Source: Zancudomyces culisetae HAW-14-8
Taxonomy: Eukaryota > Fungi > Kickxellomycota
Assembly: GCA_052426225.1 (NCBI GenBank)
Contig: JBNJNM010000023.1
Coordinates: 62,001 to 126,000, forward strand
DNA length: 64,000 bases
Reading direction: 5' to 3'
The notes under the pieces: generated by a model
Told to the model about the DNA's origin: nothing
Database searches by the model: none
The model's input: the letters and a program-made list of their open reading frames with translations, nothing else
Made by a program: the position numbers and the translations under genes
Part shown: positions 22,382 to 35,624 of the stretch, one piece after another
How the letters are laid out: the number at the start of each line of letters is the position of its first letter
Numbering within the stretch: position 1 is the stretch's first letter

Positions 22382-24764
22382 TTTTCCCCCTTTTTTAGTT
22401 ATTTGTAATGTTTCGCTTTAATTTTCTTTTTTATCTTTTACTCATTTTGTAAGAACGACTTATTCTATATAAAAGGTTAAAACTGCTACTAAATTGAAAA
22501 GATGGCCCAAAAAAAATAAAAATAGTTCTGCTTTAATTAATTTTGTGAATTAAATTGAAATACAAAAATTTTTAACACAATCAAAAATCATCCAAACAAA
22601 CAATACATTTTATTTTTAATTTTGGCCAATAACCTCTCCAATCTTTCTTACTCCTACCCATCCCTCCCTCCCCCCCCCCCCCCAACATTCAACAACTTAT
22701 GACTTTAAAAAATTAATCCTTTTTTTTTTTGCATTGTTGAGTAATAAATAACGTTGCAATCAAAAAATAAAATAAAAAATTTCTCCATCCAATATTGACT
22801 TGAAAATACACTTCAGCATTATAAATGCTACTATCTTTCCTCACACCACCCTTATTCCTCTATCACCCTTTTTTTATTTCCCCCCCTCCTCTATCACCCT
22901 TTTACAACAAATAATCTTTAACGTCGCTAACAACGCATGTATTCATATGTATTTTAGCTATTCGTAAAACTTACTTTGTGATTACACCTTGTCCTGCACC
23001 CTTCCTTTTTTAATTATTACTTGTACGTGTACACTTTGTATCGTCAAGTATTTATACTTGTGCTAGCAAACCCCTTTCGTATCTTGCTTTTTTTGTGATT
23101 TTTGTTTTCTGTCTATGACACTCTATTTCAGTCCACTCAATTTATCCTTTATACAAAAAACGAAATGTATGTTTGTTTATAATTTATAATTTTCCTTTAT
23201 TTTATATCTTTACCCGTCTAAATTTCGTCTAGCCAAAAATCAGAATTACAAAGACTAACCTAAACAGCCAAACACAAGGCAAAGAATCCTTACGACTTAA
23301 TAATACGATAAAATGCTGTGGGATTTATTTAAACTTTTATTTTCCTCTATTTTTCTGTCACCCATTCTTCCCACAATCTCTGATATTTCTGATTAGAAAT
23401 TACGCTAAATCTCTCATATACTTTCTTTTTTGCTCTTTACGTTTCACATTTGACAGCCAATATTTTATACAGTATTAACATGCATATTTCATTTCTTTAT
23501 TTCTGCTTTTTTTTCATGTTTAAATGGCTCTACCAATACCAACAATTTCCTCGTTTTTATATTTTAATTTGATGTTTTATGTTTTGTTTTATGTTTTATT
23601 ACTATTTTTACCAAAAAGCTGAACCTAGTCATAAGGCTTCAATTTTATATAAATAAATCACAAATCAGGAAATATCCAATAATGAAAAGTGGGAATTCCA
23701 ACTCAAAAAGTTTTTTTCTTTCTTTCTTTTCAATGGCTTTCGGAAAATATCCCTGATTGGCATTCTCCGACACTTTATCTATCAGATTCACATCTATCAC
23801 TTTCATGAACGTGATAAAAGATATACTTGTTCCTCCACCCACCCTCATCTTTTTTTTTTCTTGGGTTAATTTATAGACACAATCTTATATGCACCAAACA
23901 AGAAAAAAGTTCATATATTTGAGTATCCACCATGTCCGCTTCTCATATTCTAATATCCCTACTATCGCTACCCCTCCTTCACCCTCCTTCACCTTCTTTA
24001 TTTACAGAGCGCAACACCTAGTCTCTCAATTACTTGCATCTCCAATTGGTCCCATGTACTATACGAAAATCACTACAACTTTATACACTTCATCCCCATA
24101 AACAATCGAATTACATCACAACCATTTTTAGTTTTTGTATTTAATTCAAGTATACCCCTTCTTTTTTTCTTTCAACCTTCCCCCTCCCCCCTCCTCATTC
24201 ATACTTCCACAATTCATATGGCGTGACTATATTTGTCAAGAATTGTATCACAAACTGTGGAACCTGGTGGTTGAAACTCGACACATACCATTTAAAACCC
24301 ACCCATATTCCACGTGCCCTCCTCACCTTTGTCCATTTTCCCCCTAACATTACACTCTAAACACACATCTCTTCCAGCCTGTTCAAGTGAGTACATCATC
24401 TCTACCACCAGGAAAACAAAAATTATCTGCTATTCCACCAGTGGGTCGTATACCCTGTCTTCTTTGATACTGCGTTACTTTCCTTTTTTTTATTACTTTT
24501 CCCACTTTTTCTCAGTAGTGGGCTTTTAAATCTAACTTACCTTCACCCTTATTCTCCTCTGTACATCAACCTGCTCTCTGCCCAACTCTACATGTGATTT
24601 TTTACCACTTTTATTTCCAAAATTGCATTTATCTTTAAAATACTAGGACCAGAACAATACATAAAAAATTTGCCTATGTTTTACATTAAACCATCCTGTG
24701 TTGTAGTATAGTATAGTATAGTATAGTATAGTACAGCACACTCACAACCCCCCCCCCCCCTATA

Positions 24765-25727
24765 CTACACAAGTTGTCCTTTCTTATAAAGATCATACAA
24801 AAACAACGCCGATGTCAGTTTCAGATCGCAACAACCATACTTCCAAGCATCTTCCAACCTTATCAAACACATTTTTATCCTTTCTCCACTTTCAATAAGC
24901 CCACCCACTCTCCCCTCCAACTTCCTGAACTCCTCCTCGCCCTCAACACTGGTTTCATACAAAAATAGCCGCACGAACTCATCACTCCCTCCCGAAGTTG
25001 GATAAAGCCCCTCATACTCACTATATCCATTCGATTCAGGCAGAGTCGACGATAATGCTCTCTGATTCTTTAATAGTAGCTCTGTCAAGTCGACAACGCT
25101 CTCATCCTCCTCTATTTTGATCCCCAACTCCTCCTCTATCTCCTCTCGAATCTTTCCAGCAAAATTTTTGGATCCATCAACCATTCCTGCTGGTAGTTCC
25201 AGCATGTTGAACGAGGGTACGGGTATCCTGGGCTGGCTGGTCAGCACAACGTATGCGGCGCCGTTCCCACCACATCCCCCCGCTTCTTCTCTATTTTCTT
25301 TGCTTTTTACCCGAATAACCAGCAACATTGCCACGGATCCACCCCGCATAAACACAATTCCCGGAACCTTTATACCACTTTCTTCGTAGTAGGCCTCTGT
25401 AACAAACTTCAGAAACCCAATCCTATCTCCTTTTCCTGCCCTAAACACATCAACCGACTGTACCAACACACCGTCCACTTTTATCCTTTCCGAACTGGTC
25501 TTCCGTTTGATATCTTTATCTAATCCCAATAAACCAACGCATTTCCTGTCTTGCTGGTATATCTCTTCGTCCAATTTCTTTATCCAGTTTTTGAAAGGAA
25601 TAAATTCGCTGACCTTGTTCAGGATTGCCGAATTTATTTGCTGGGTACATTCAGGATGTGCCTTCAAATATATCTGTTTGCCGGATCTGGTCAGCTCTAT
25701 CATTAAATGCTCTACCATTTTGTTCAT
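24765..25727 (-). CDS. Nudix hydrolase (ADP-sugar pyrophosphatase/NUDX14-like)
   Basis: VDVF..IGFLKF..PGIVFMRGGSV..QPRIPVP..ELPAGMVD..EEIEEELG..YPTSGGSDEF..GERI pattern. Confidence 0.88.
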   Translation of the reverse strand: MNKMVEHLMIELTRSGKQIYLKAHPECTQQINSAILNKVSEFIPFKNWIKKLDEEIYQQDRKCVGLLGLDKDIKRKTSSERIKVDGVLVQSVDVFRAGKGDRIGFLKFVTEAYYEESGIKVPGIVFMRGGSVAMLLVIRVKSKENREEAGGCGGNGAAYVVLTSQPRIPVPSFNMLELPAGMVDGSKNFAGKIREEIEEELGIKIEEDESVVDLTELLLKNQRALSSTLPESNGYSEYEGLYPTSGGSDEFVRLFLYETSVEGEEEFRKLEGRVGGLIESGERIKMCLIRLEDAWKYGCCDLKLTSALFLYDLYKKGQLV

Positions 25728-26309
25728 CTCTTTACGATTTCTATATCTGCCTGACTTTGAAAAAAAATCAAGACTGCATTATATATTCGCTTTTTGTTAA
25801 ATAACCCAGATTTAACAACCCAAAGTTTGTATTTTTTTAATCGTATTCTTTGCTCAGCATCCAGAACAAATTAGTGGTAATTATAAATGGAACATTCAAA
25901 ACACCAATCTGCTTGTAGATTTGCTGGCTAAATGGCTGAACTACAAAACCTCGCTTACACCAACTCCAAGACACAAAAAAACACTTGCTCTAGCTTGATG
26001 ATGAAGGTACACACCCTTGCTCCCACTTATCCTCACACTTGTACATTCAGCAGACCAGGCGTACCGGTTTCGTCTCTCTAGTAGAAAAAACACATCCCCA
26101 TGAATTTCAACACACAATTAGTGTGCTTTTTTTGGAAACCGGATCAGAGCTAGCCATTTTAATAGTTCACCGTGAAGCTCTCAAACAATTATCAGCACTC
26201 CTTATATTTTTTAAAAAAAAACAGCAAAACCAAGTGAAAAAAAAAAATCAAATTATAAACCAGCAAACCCCAGCAAAATCAGCGACTTTGAAGATGAAAC
26301 ACAAACACA

Positions 26310-27358
26310 TTATAACTTTGCTGCCTTTCTTTGCTTATGAACGAGTGGTGGTTTTCCCGCAATGAGTTTAATGGTATCACCAACAAGTGACTCATCTTCA
26401 ATACATCGTATCATGTTATCAACCACCTCATCTACCGTCAAAACGGCGTTCTTCTTAATGACATTCAAATTGTTACCTCCAGCCGAAAGTGCGCGTCTCA
26501 ACATGTCTGTGTCTGCATAGTTTGGTGCAACAGCGTTGACCCTGATTTTTGGATACAGTGACGCACAAGTAGCTGTAAAGTTAACAACGCCTGCTTTGGC
26601 TGGCCCGTATGCTGGCCCTGTAGATGCTGGGAAAAACGCCATGTTGGATGCGACGTTTACCACAACACCGACAGTCTCGTTTTCTCCGCAGGGAAGTGTG
26701 TTCCAGTAGGCTACTGCTAGGCGTGTAAAATCTATAACAGATATAAGATCCACTTCAATTGTTTTCCTCAACATTCGGCTGTCCTTGTCACCCCAAACTG
26801 GTGTTCCGCCGATTCCTGCGTTGTTTACAAGAATATCCAATCTTCCAAACTCAGAAATTGCAAGGCTTAATGTCTTTTCTAGATCTTCAGTTTTTGAGAC
26901 ATCACACTTTACAAATACTGCCACCTTTTTTCTATTTAGGTATAAGAGAATAAAATAAATATTTTTATCTTGTATGCACAAGGTTCGTATCACAGCCAAA
27001 GTACTAAAACTGATTTCTAAGGTAGAAATCGATTTTATTGTCACATGTATTACCCTTTAGCCTCGTTCAGCTGTCTTGCTACATCTTCACCATCTAGAAT
27101 ATCCGAAACAATAACCTTGCCGCTATTTTTTTTTGTGTATAGTTTGTTTTTTAGTCTAAACTGAGATTCATTTCAACTATATTTATAAGTGGATACATGC
27201 ATACACAGTACACATTATCACCACGGGCATAGCCACTACAAGTTGCAAAAAGAGCGATTACTAATATCTTACCCTTTCTCAACAATAACTTCGGCGATTC
27301 TTTTGCCAAATCCCCGTGCCGCCCCTGTTACAATTGCTACCTTGTCTTTAATGGTCAT
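26310..27358 (-). CDS. Short-chain dehydrogenase/reductase, 15-hydroxyprostaglandin dehydrogenase-like (3 exons)
   Basis: Exons 27358-27273, 27122-27054, 26931-26310 give KVAIVTGAARGFG, CDVS, LDILVNNAGI, NVAS, catalytic YGPAK and IRVNAVAP. Confidence 0.9.
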
Positions 27359-28013
27359 TTTCCTTCTTTCTACCTGCTATGTGATTTGGTTTTTTAATAT
27401 TTATATTTGCCTTTTTTATAAGTACAGTGATATACCATTAACTGTTGATAAAGAAAAACTGTTCACAAAACCTGGGCCTTCCATCCCTCCCCACAGACCA
27501 GCTATTTATTGCAAAACAAAATGGATATTTTAATTGCATATTCACCCCCCTCCTCCACTGCCCCTTCCAATTTCCAATAATTAAGTTTTGAGTTCCACAT
27601 GCATCTGATTTTGTGTTTTTTATGTACTAATTTGAAACCAACCTCGATTTTTCATAACTTTTTTTTTTTGGCCAGATACTTGTGTTTTAACATTGTTAGA
27701 AGAGTGAATCAATTGTGATAATTTTGTTATCCATTTCTAATTCGAACTCTACTTGGCAACCGGAAACAAGGTCAATAATTTTTATCTCAATGTGCATTTG
27801 AAAACCCCAGTGAGCAGCCCGTAGACATTTACACCATGGATTCGCACTTTATTTTATATACACATGCTGCATCCTATGAATACCCAGCATTGGGTGACGC
27901 TATACAAAAACATCTATAGAAAAAGAGGTTATACAATGACAGTATACATGTTCCTACTTTTTAAATGATTTTTCATCCAGAATCAAATCTAAAAAAGTCG
28001 GAAACTTCGCAAC

Positions 28014-28045
<32 letters not shown>

Positions 28046-28068
28046 CTTGGCATGAGTAGTGGTTGCAG

Positions 28069-28845
28069 TTAAAATCCAAACGGCTTGCCTTTTTTTGGTG
28101 GTCCAACCATACAGGGCTCAAGGGTATTGGACAATAAGTTGCCTGGTATAGGTGTTGGCTTTCTGGTGCCAAAATTGCAATCACCAACTTTGTTACTTCC
28201 CCAATACCTACACACATCCTCGTGGGGATACATAATATCACCACCTTTGAATACCGGGGCTGGTTTTACGCTCGAAGTTTTACTTCCACCAGTAACCCTA
28301 AAATCCGTGCAGCTATAGTATTCCCCAAAACTTTTATTGGTTTGGTAATAAAACACGCCACCACCGTACCACATCCACTGCAGTGTATACATATCGTCAT
28401 TTAGATAATCGGGGATGGTTATCACTGTTGAACACTCCTGCGACCCTGGACCAGCCAGTACGCCCCAGTTAGTGTTATTTGGATTATCTGGACCGCAGTT
28501 GGTTTCATAGCATGTATATTTAATAACCCCTTCGTTAAAGCTACCCCAGTTATCCGAATCCTGATATCTGGCTATTGCTAGCCTAATAAATCCTCCGGGG
28601 TGATTTTGTCGGCCCCATTTTACTGTTATATTTTGTCCTCTCCTATAAATACTGGGTGTCAAATATTTGAACTTTTGAGCTTGTGAGTCCCTAGAATCGT
28701 CACAGGGACCTTTACATCCTTGACCAGCTCCACATGTTCCAAAAGTTCGTAAATTCCCTCTGGGTAAGGGATATTTAAGCATGCTATGTGCGTTTACGGT
28801 AATCGATACTGCGATTATCCAGCATATCAGTTTCTCTGCAAACAT
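28069..28845 (-). CDS. Secreted copper His-brace LPMO-like protein
   Basis: Signal peptide ending VNA followed by His1 (HSMLKYPLPRG), second His (QNHPGG), LQWMW and EYYSCTDF motifs, many Cys. Confidence 0.75.
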   Translation of the reverse strand: MFAEKLICWIIAVSITVNAHSMLKYPLPRGNLRTFGTCGAGQGCKGPCDDSRDSQAQKFKYLTPSIYRRGQNITVKWGRQNHPGGFIRLAIARYQDSDNWGSFNEGVIKYTCYETNCGPDNPNNTNWGVLAGPGSQECSTVITIPDYLNDDMYTLQWMWYGGGVFYYQTNKSFGEYYSCTDFRVTGGSKTSSVKPAPVFKGGDIMYPHEDVCRYWGSNKVGDCNFGTRKPTPIPGNLLSNTLEPCMVGPPKKGKPFGF

Positions 28846-30197
28846 TTCTCCGATATGAATTACTTGTTGATTATTAGTCTATTTTCTTCCTGTGATACCC
28901 AGACAAAAACGTATTATCCGTATATGTTTTTTCAAAGATAGTCTGTATCCAAGTAGTATATTGTAAATTTCAGGTTATGCTATACGTGATTAAGCTATAA
29001 CTCAGACCGCTGCAGGACCCTTTGCACTTTTTTTTTATAAAAAATTTGGAGTTGTTATTTTACAGAATGCTAATTTATGTTTAAAGATATTTAATGTTCC
29101 AAATGAACATCCTATTCTATAAGGGTTTAATAGGATACATTTATATACCCCATTACATATAAGATTGTAGTAGATGATTATACCTCATAAATATGGCACC
29201 ATAATCTGTAGGTATAACCTTGTATTCCTCATGCTCCAAAACAAAGGTGTGTGAAATGCAGAAATTGAAAAATGGTATGGAGCAACTTCTTTATAGGTAT
29301 CAATCATGTTACAAACCGCAACTGTAGTTGAGTTTTATTCAATATCTTGCGTTAATTTGGGGCTTGGATTTTGCTAAATACTTCCAACTAGCGGTTATCA
29401 CTGAAGTATCCAAGGTGCTAAACAAGCCAAAACAACGAAAAACAAACGTTCTACGGCAATATTTTCATTCTTTTTTCATAACTTTGGAATTGGCAACACA
29501 ATCACGATTGCCACTGATTGTCTAGGGTTTACCTTGACAAATAAAATCTTGAACAAATGAGAGAATAAATGCCAAATTCTCCAATTTTCAACTCCACATT
29601 TCAACAAGCTAAGTCCCGAAAAAAAAATTGGAATGGAAAAAATGGTTTATGTTCGAGTTGGTCAAATTCGTGCTCTGGAATGAAGAGCAAGTAAACCAGA
29701 CGCCAACAACACCTGTTGAGGAACATTCCAGTTTAGGAATAACACGAACTAAAAGAAAGAAATGCATTTTCATCTTCATTGGTTATTTTGTCTCCGAATC
29801 AGATTGTTCCCAAGTGGTCATAATAAAACTTTCCGCTATATTGCATACATTATCAGCAGGAAACCATATTAGCTAATATTGATACAACAATCCCAAGTCA
29901 TCATGCTTCAAGGACTCTTAGACTTTGTAGTCATTTTCGTTGTATGGCAAGCGTAATATCGATATCTTTTTTTTATTTTAAAAAAAGTAAAGTCACAAAA
30001 GTCATAAGCCTTGCCAAACTGGGGTAGAAAAAATGTATGTGGATGTTGGGAAGAGCAAAGATCGATGTGGATATATTTACATGGCTTTCGAGTATTAAGA
30101 GAATGATGAATCGAACATGAGTTCGAGGACAAAAGTAAAGTAAAGCAAAAACAAGAACAAGAACAAAAAAAAACAAAAACGAGAGGGTTCTTTGCAT

Positions 30198-31715
30198 TTA
30201 GTTATCTGAGTCAGAACTGGACTCATCTAGATTTATCGAGCTTGGTAGCTCCAAAACGGATAGCTGTCCATTGGGGAGTATACCAAGCGGGTGAGTTGAC
30301 ATGGAACCATACTTGGAAATCGAATTGAAAGAATCGATACGAGTAGTCAACTGGGACTGATACTCTTCTAATTCACTAAACAATGAAGGCAGGTCAACCA
30401 TCTGTTGGTTCGAAGTGTTGGGTCTGCTGGATAAGAGACTGTCAAGAAACATTTTACGCTGATAATGAAGGAAAGGAGAAATGGCTTCTTTGAGAGATGG
30501 ATCAAACTTGCAAAAGGTTTTTAAGATAAACCGAGTGAAAACGTTGGGTTTTCTCAAACAGATCTCCAGTAGATACTCCGAATCAAGATCAAAAGAAATA
30601 TTTTGCGATTGAGTACTTCCCAAACTGGATAGATTACATTCCAGAAAATATTTTAGCCAGCAAGTGTATACACATCCAACAGTAGAATTATTATTGCCTT
30701 TGTCTCGCTTCTGGGAGGCTGGGTATAAAAACTCAAAATCAGTATTCTTATTTAACGGCGAGTTCCCCATATTATCCATACTGACAATCCTTTCTATTAA
30801 AGAACTTATAAAAGTATTTGTAAAGAATGTTCCTTCTGAAGATTGCTTGGTTTCGCTAGCGGTGTCGAAGCCTCGTAATCTCTTTTTTTGCCGTGATTGT
30901 TGAGTCTGTTGGGTTCGTTGAGTTCCTGTAAGAAATGGTTTGTATAACTCAAGTGTATGAGCGTCAATCTTCATTTTGCTACCAGCTCCAAAACTTGGTC
31001 TTTTTTTAGAATCGAGAGGGACTATCAAATCCAGATTAGGATCGAGTAGTAGTGGCACCACTATCATTTCAATAACATCCTTAGTATTTAAATTATTGTT
31101 GCCATTGTTTGCTGATAGCCCTATAGCATCCTCCACTTGATTATAGCGCAACTTTCCCTTTTTATATTTCACTAACAAATTATATATTTCCCTTATGGTC
31201 TGGTTTTTCAATTCATTGATTTTCCCGGTGCTTAGACTAAAGTATTCCCTGTTTATGTATTCCAAACACACCAAACAGCCCATCCTCAATAAATTTAAAC
31301 TGGGTAGTGCCTCATGCGTTGCTGAATGTCGGAGTTCTACCAACCACGATGGTAGCCCCAATCGCTCTGCAAGTCTCCAGAGTGACATTGCATACACTCC
31401 CTTTTGTTCCTGATCTATCAACAAATTCACAAATCTTACTATTGCCATTCCGTACATCATCCTAAGTTCTGTATCGCTTAAAAGGCTTCCTTGGTTGACG
31501 CTTTGCTTGTTGGAGTGATTGTCACGTATCCACACCTCCACTAGGTCCGCAGTTATATCAATCGAAACGGGAATTTTACCTCTGCTTCTCCATATTTTTA
31601 CCCTCTCAACACCCTCTATCCTTTTATGAACTTCGTTTTCTGGGGCGTATAAAAGCTCTCCTATTTCAAGAAACTCCTTTTTGTTTGCCCATGGAACTAT
31701 TCTTGGTGTCTGCAT
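30198..31715 (-). CDS. LAS1: Las1 pre-rRNA ITS2 endoribonuclease
   Basis: PRIVPW..WRSRGKIP..LRMMYGMAIVRFVN..LGLPSWLVELRHSATHEALPSL, with the HEPN RxxxxH motif. Confidence 0.93.
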   Translation of the reverse strand: MQTPRIVPWANKKEFLEIGELLYAPENEVHKRIEGVERVKIWRSRGKIPVSIDITADLVEVWIRDNHSNKQSVNQGSLLSDTELRMMYGMAIVRFVNLLIDQEQKGVYAMSLWRLAERLGLPSWLVELRHSATHEALPSLNLLRMGCLVCLEYINREYFSLSTGKINELKNQTIREIYNLLVKYKKGKLRYNQVEDAIGLSANNGNNNLNTKDVIEMIVVPLLLDPNLDLIVPLDSKKRPSFGAGSKMKIDAHTLELYKPFLTGTQRTQQTQQSRQKKRLRGFDTASETKQSSEGTFFTNTFISSLIERIVSMDNMGNSPLNKNTDFEFLYPASQKRDKGNNNSTVGCVYTCWLKYFLECNLSSLGSTQSQNISFDLDSEYLLEICLRKPNVFTRFILKTFCKFDPSLKEAISPFLHYQRKMFLDSLLSSRPNTSNQQMVDLPSLFSELEEYQSQLTTRIDSFNSISKYGSMSTHPLGILPNGQLSVLELPSSINLDESSSDSDN

Positions 31716-33067
31716 TTGATCTTCTCTCGCACGTTTTCGCTCTTTTACTTTTCAATTTCGAATACAAGCCAACAAGAATAACACTAATGTACAAATTTAA
31801 TGGGACGCACTTTCTCTGTCTTTCTTTTCGTTTCAGTACATGATGAATTTGTTGACTCTCTGCCCTTTGCAAAAAAAAATTTTTTTTTATATTTCTGTTT
31901 GATCGATTTGCTAAAATTTGCTACCAAATCTAGCCCACATTTGCAAAAAGAACTGGCTGTTCAATTATAGAAAGTGTTGTTAAACCACTAAGCAAAAGGG
32001 GGAGGGTGGGATTGTATGCTTATGATAGAATAGTTTTCTATTACATTTAAAGTACTTCGTGGAAGCTTTGGTTGGTTATTTTTAACCTTCAGCTTGGATG
32101 ATTAAGATGTGGACATAGACATATATATGAGAAATTATACAGAGTATCAAACGGAATGATAACCACCTTGAAACAAAATCTATCTGATGGGTTTGGTATT
32201 CATTGGCTTGACTCCATTGCTTTGTATTGTATGTTTAAGTATTCTAAATACTTGCCGCTTGCCATACACACATTCATAGTTTGATACAAAATATTGCTGA
32301 ACATAAACGTACTAGTAAAGCAAAACGGGTATAAAAAGACAAAAGCAAACGCGGTCCACATGATAACGCGCAATAAAAAGAGGATACCAGTGTCTGTAAT
32401 AGGTGGTGTGTGTATATATTATGTCTATAATACAAAAAAGTCTTAACCCGTTTTTTTTACTTGTACCATACTACAAAGCAAATGACAGCACACTTTATAT
32501 TTTTATTTATGCTCGCTATATTTTTATTTAGTTTTCTGGGTCAACTTTAAAGTTATAAAAGCTTAAAAACCATATACAAATTATCTTGTTTAAGCTTGAA
32601 AAAAAAAATACTAAATATGTTGGGATAAATCAAATTCAAATGCTACGTGATGGGCTGGTAATGTATGTAGGCTTTGCTCATTTTGCGGTCAACTTTAGGA
32701 CTTTTTTATTCTTTTTCTTTTTTTCTCTTCCATTAAAACTCTTGTTGAAATATAGAGCCGCCTTTATAGATAGATAACTGGGTATTCTCAATAAAATATA
32801 AACAAAGATATTTGTGGGAAATTAAACATCACACAATAGATTAAGCGAATGAGCTGACATGAAAATACACGATCATTGATTATTCCTGCCAGCACAAATA
32901 AATCCAGAAACACAACCAAATTTGTTTACTAAACGAGCTAAGTTTTGTTGAAGGTAAAAGGCAACTAGAAACAGCGAAATATCAATAATCCAAGGCCACA
33001 AGGGGAAAAAAGCAGATATAGAGACCACATTGAACCTCATCTTCAGTACATATTTTTCATACCAAGA

Positions 33068-34837
33068 ATGAATTTTTTGTTCAAGAACAAGCCGAAAGGC
33101 CCTGCAGAGATAGTCAGGTCATTGAAGGAATCCATTTTGAAGTTAGAAAATCCAGAATCGAACAAATATAAGGTATTTGCCCTCTCTTTGCTGATGTGTA
33201 CCTATTTATTTTTGCTTCTAAAGTATAAGCCGATAACTGTACAGCGAAAATTCGGGTGCAACCAACAGTACTGATTAATTTATTGGTTATACTAGGCAAA
33301 CGAGGAAATCTCAAAGTGTATTTCTAGCATAGTTACCATTTTCCAGGAAAATCCTACAGACAAAAAAAGTAAGTGAATTCTATGATGTACAAAACTTTTT
33401 CTTTTTGGGGGGGGGGGATTTTTGTATGATTATTACATATAAAATTTAATTCGAGTAATAATGAATCTTTAAAATTCTTACAGATCAGGATGGTAATTCA
33501 GAGATGGCTGTGCAGATATCACAGGAGATATTTCAAAACGATATATTCAGCATACTCATACCAAATTTATACCGAATCCCGTTTGAGGTATTATTTATTT
33601 GATTTTTTTTTATCAAGTTTGATAGTAATGGCCATTTTGCTAAAAGGTAAAAAAACATTTTTTGTGAGAAAAAAACTAGACCAAGAAGGAGATAGCAATG
33701 ATATACGGTATTCTGTTAAGGAGAAAAGTAGGAGCACGAGAACCTACTGTCGAGTATCTGTCAAAAAACGGAGATATAATCAGAAACCTCATCAAAGGGT
33801 AAATACGAAAATACTAAAAGCTTAGTTGGTTGAAGGAAAGGCGTATATATGCTTGCACTATCAAATTAACTTTCTTTTTTTTTTTTGCTTAAAAATGTTT
33901 TAAAGGTACGAAAGACCCGAGTCTGCGGTGTTTTGTGGAACAATGATAAGGGAGAGCCTAAAACATGAGTCTTTGGTAGACATAATGTTAAATAGTAAAG
34001 AATTCTTTGGCTTTTTTGAATATTCAGAGGCGCAAAATTTTGATTTGGCATCAGACGCATTTGCAAACTTTAGAGTAAGATAAAGAAAAGACAATAAGCT
34101 ATTACATTTCATCGATAAGCACATAATTATTTTATACAATCTGTTTGGAAAAAAAAAACATAGGACATTCTCTTAAGGTTTAAGCCTAGAGTAGCAAAGT
34201 TTCTTATGGATAATTATGACATGGTAAGTTTATATTATCAGATTAAAAGTATTTTGGATTGAGTCTCCAAAGACTATAATTTTGGCACATACAATAGTTT
34301 TTCGAAAAGTATACAAAGCTGCTGAATTCCAAAAACTATGTAATAAGAAGGCAGTCGCTAAAGGTAAGAAAATCAGTTTATAGCACAATATATCGAACTG
34401 CCTCAAAATTAAATGTACTTTAACTTTGAGTATAGCTGCTGGGTGAGATTTTATTGGAAAGGAAAAACTTCAATATTATGGCAAAATACATAAGTTCGAG
34501 TGAGAATTTGAAGCTGATTATGATGGCGTTAGCTGACAAGAGCAAGAGTATCCAGTATGAAGCATTTCATATCTTCAAGGTAAGGTTGAGTGTAATTATA
34601 GTCCAACAAAGGCAAAGAAGATCTTTACCATTATTTTTTTTTTGTATTATGTAGATTTTTGTAGCAAACCCAAACAAAACAGCACAGGTTTACGAAATCC
34701 TTAAAAAAAACAGAGACAAACTGGTTGAGTTTCTGGGTGGCTTTCAAGTAGACAAAGACACCGATGAGCAATTCAAAGATGAAAAGGCATTTTTGATCAA
34801 AGAGCTACACAAGATTAATCATAGGGTCGTCTACTGA
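33068..34837 (+). CDS. HYM1: Mo25/Hym1 (CAB39) kinase scaffold (9 exons)
   Basis: Spliced exons give [95 protein letters not shown]. All introns GT-AG. Confidence 0.93.
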
Positions 34838-35624
34838 TCTGCTAGAGCCGGACATTTGATTCCTTACTCCTTACTCCTTACCTCTTATACATACATATAC
34901 ATATATATATATTCATATTCTTTGTTTGTTTATTAGTTTATTCACAGTTTTATGTCATAGCCTTGGTTAGGTCTCAAAAATGGGATGTTCATTTCCAACT
35001 TTGAACTTGCAAGATCGCTTTCGTATGTTCCCTAACTTGTAATGGTCAAGCTCAAATCGTTTTGGCTCAAACAGAACTAGTTTCTGTAGGCAATTAGAGG
35101 AGGAAGAATCTAAATGAGATTTAACCCTCCAATAAAATTTGGGATTGGCAAACCCAATCACAGAACCCCAAAAATTGTTTTTTGCTCTGAAACCAAATTG
35201 CTAATTTTGGATGAACTCGCATTTATTTTGTTGATTGTTGCTTTTTTTTCTTTTTTTCTAATTCTCTTATTGAAACCACTCGTGTTCTCCAACAATCCTT
35301 GCAAAGGAGAAGAAAGAAATACAATTACTGGGTTGGGAAGCACAAAAATGATGGACATGTTGTGTCTAAAACGTGAATATCATATTCAGGAAAGCCGCAT
35401 TAACCACTGCTGCTATTGTCTGTATTTTTACTTCTTGGTCATTGCTGTTAGTACACAAATGATGGTTTTTCTTTATGATATAAATACCTGCTAAGTTACC
35501 CCTAACACAAAGTAACGACAATAAGAAAAAGTGCTAAAAAAGACTTTAATAGTATTAATTTAATAGTACAACCTTTGTTACTAACTAAACTTATTAATTC
35601 ATAATATTTTTTATTCAAGAAAAA

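Noticed and set aside
24261-24413. 9-bp inverted repeat CCTGGTGGT/ACCACCAGG as possible MITE ends
   Set aside because: Too short, no target-site duplication, and no second copy in the window.
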